Assembly: GCF_009834535.1 (NCBI RefSeq)
Contig: NC_045697.1
Location: 45,386,001-45,450,000, forward strand
Length of the DNA: 64,000 nucleotides
Direction: 5' to 3'
DNA from: Camelus ferus
Lineage: Eukaryota
This document shows, one piece after another, positions 61,660 to 64,000 of the stretch (positions are counted from its first letter, which is position 1; each line of letters begins with the position of its first letter). Below the pieces are notes generated by a model. It worked only from the letters and a program-made list of their open reading frames with translations, was not told the origin of the DNA and ran no database searches. The position numbers and the translations under genes are program-made.

Positions 61660-62745
61660 GCCCAAATTCAATGGTTAATTTCCAAAGCTTTCTTACTCAT
61701 CTGAGCAACAGTTTCCTTGAAATGCTCCCTTCACGTGGCTTCTAGGACCTCCCTTCCTCTCATTTCTCTTCCTGTGCTAGAGGCTCCATCTCAGAGTTCA
61801 TTGCTGGATCCTTCTCTTCATCCTGACCCCTTCGGTGGTCATTGGCCACTTGACTTCTTTTCTGTCTATTCACTCCTTGGGTGATATCATCCAGTCCCAT
61901 GGTCGTAACTACTGTCTGATAACTCCCCAGAATCATGCCTCCAGCCCTGACCTCTTCCCTGAATGCCAGACTCATAAATTCAGCTGTTCGCTTAACATCT
62001 CTATCTGGATGTTCAAGACATAAGTCTGGAGTTTCTGCTTCATAAGCTACTCCGCACCCTTGCCTCCCACCCTCAACCCTTACCCCAGTCTTTAATCGAT
62101 TCCATAGGTCAAAACACTTAGCATCATTCTTGAATCTTTTCTTTCTCCTACACACAGCATTCACCCCATTAGCAAATCCTGTTGGCTTTATCATCGAAGT
62201 AAGTCGAGAATCCAAACACATCTCACCACCTTCACCCCTACCATTCTAGTCCAGGCTGCCAGACCTTCCTTTCCCCACCACGAGTACCATCACCGTTTAT
62301 TTTCAACACATTTTTAAGAAGCTTACTCTGGCTGCTGTAAATTAGATCACCAGACTCAGAACACATTCCCAGGTCCTTACCATCGCCCATGAGATCTCTG
62401 CGATGTTCCCCTATCTCTTATACTCCTCCCCTGCTTACCACTCACTCCAGCAGCATCACTGCCCTCCTCACTGTTCCAGGGACAACCTGTGTCCACTCCT
62501 GACTCGTGGCCTTTGTCCTTGCTGTCTTGGAGTCCTTTGCCTACAAGAAAACAGTGTGGCTCATTCACTCCTCTTCGTTCCCACCTCTGCTCGATTGACA
62601 ATGTATGAGAGAGGCTTTTCCTGTCCACTCTGTCTCACAAAATCACACCTCTCCCTCTCCCTCTTTGTTCTCCCCTCTATTTTTCTTTTCTGTGATTATG
62701 ACCACTTGACAGATTACCTCTACATGTGTTTGTGTGTCATTTGTT
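61660..62745 (+). mobile_element. L2 LINE (reverse-transcriptase region to 3' part)
   Basis: ORF 61835..62023 (IHSLGDIIQSHG..SPDLFPECQT..LNISIWM) resembles the L2 RT consensus; pyrimidine-rich L2 motifs downstream. Confidence 0.88.
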
Positions 62746-62811
62746 AAGTGATGTGAAATTAATGAAGCTATTTTCTAGCATATATCCAGATTTAGTGGAA
62801 CACTAACCTGT

Positions 62812-62868
62812 AAGAGAGGGGGAAGGAAGAAGAAAGGGAGGGAAGGAAGAAAAAGAAAAGAAAAGAGG
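62812..62868. repeat. 57-nt pure polypurine (GA-rich) tract
   Basis: aagagaggggg...aaaagaaaagagg with no pyrimidine. Confidence 0.9.
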
Positions 62869-62927
62869 CTTAGTTAGAACCGTGTCTCAGATGCTGGTCC
62901 AAGTGTCCTGTTCTGGCTTTTCTCTAG

Positions 62928-63050
62928 CCCGCCCTTTTCTGGGATTGACCAAATGATGACCTACAATTTGATTCTCAAAGGAATTGAAAAAATGGATTTT
63001 CCCAGAAAGATAACAAGACGACCTGAGGATTTGATTCGGAGGCTTTGCAG
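62928..63050 (+). CDS. PRKG2: PRKG2 coding exon 15 (123 nt): (N)PPFSGIDQMMTYNLILKGIEKMDFPRKITRRPEDLIRRLC(R)
   Basis: Acceptor ttttctctag, donor AG|gtgaga; phase 2-2. Confidence 0.97.
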
Positions 63051-63869
63051 GTGAGAGTCATTATTAAAAACCCCTTGTTCTTGGGAAAAGTGTGAAGGCT
63101 TCTCATTTCTGCTTCCACACATTTATTTTATTTTTTTCACACATTTAAAACTCAGGTATATATTTACTTTTTGTACTTTTCTATGTAGCCAAATTATATT
63201 TAAAGAAAATCATTTTCTATCTTGCAGTCTATGCCAGGAGTTTGAGTTTACTTCGTATTATGGAAGCACAGAAACTACTTATAGTTCAAAAGAGATGCAG
63301 ATTACTCAGGTCATCGTTGAGAATCGTCTTTGTCTGTTATAGAGGAAAATAGACCACAAACCTTAACTCAATAAAGGAGTAATTTACAGCCTTGTTACTT
63401 TGAGAGAGAATCAGTGGTGATGATAAACGTGTTACTATATGCCCTCTTTCAATCTTCATTTGAAAAAACGTACTGCTCTGGCCTCATTTTAAATTACTAC
63501 TTACCATTAGAAATAATTTATTGGAGAATAGAAGATTTCTAGAATTTTATTTAAACTTCATTTTGTCACTGTTTTTTTGGTTTTTGTGCACATCTGAACT
63601 TTTTAAAAAGCAGTAAAGTTTAGTAAATTTAGAATGTGAAACCTAGCTGTGGGGTTGCCCGCAGAAATTTCTGCCTGCTTCTAAAATTCCAGCTCTATTG
63701 TAAATGATTCTTTAAAGCTTTCCTTGGTTTTCCTAGTAGAGTTGGTAAAATAGCACCATCCTGTTCTTTTAAGCATTTATTCACAGCTTATTTAAAGCAC
63801 TGGGAGATATCTACTATCTATATTCATATCTATCAATCTATATACTGGTATACATATATTTTTCATATT

Positions 63870-63985
63870 CCTAACTGTAATTTGGCTGTGGATCCCCCAG
63901 GGAGGGCACACATTTTCCATCTCCCTATACTCAGATGCTCCTGGTCTATGAATATTGTTGACAAAATGAATGAATGAATGAATAA
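63870..63985 (+). mobile_element. L2 3' terminus with (ATGA)n tail
   Basis: ctgtggatccccc...gagggc...aatattgttg...aatgaatgaatgaatgaat. Confidence 0.6.
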
Positions 63986-64000
63986 AGAAAGAAAATTTGT

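Noticed and set aside
61760..62221. Longest ORF in the track (153 aa, minus strand)
   Set aside because: Antisense reading of a decayed L2 element; no recognisable protein
1..64000. A second gene, nested antisense gene or novel multi-gene system
   Set aside because: All convincing coding signal belongs to PRKG2 or to decayed LINE ORFs; the remaining short ORFs have no recognisable homology or splice-consistent structure

Overview
Mammalian intronic and exonic DNA covering the internal part of PRKG2 (cGMP-dependent protein kinase II) on the + strand. Fourteen GT-AG exons (coding exons 2-15, 11528-63050) splice with consistent phases into one open 1602-nt frame. It corresponds to about residues 154-688 of the human protein as I recall it: both cGMP-binding domains and most of the kinase domain. 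The start exon and the last exons lie outside the window. The rest is intron, rich in old eutherian repeats (L1M, L2, MIR, MaLR/ERVL LTRs, MER5/MER3/Tigger DNA elements). Four tRNA-derived SINEs of the Vic-1 type and young L1 3' stubs point to a camelid genome; no Alu, BovB/Bov-tA or PRE-1 was seen. Most six-frame ORFs are spurious. I found no evidence of a new multi-gene system. The best leads are splice and isoform features of PRKG2, two unexplained non-L1 inserts splitting an old L1 ORF2, an inverted TCF/LEF motif pair, and retrotransposition or template-switch scars. Repeat family names and repeat boundaries come from pattern recognition and are approximate.
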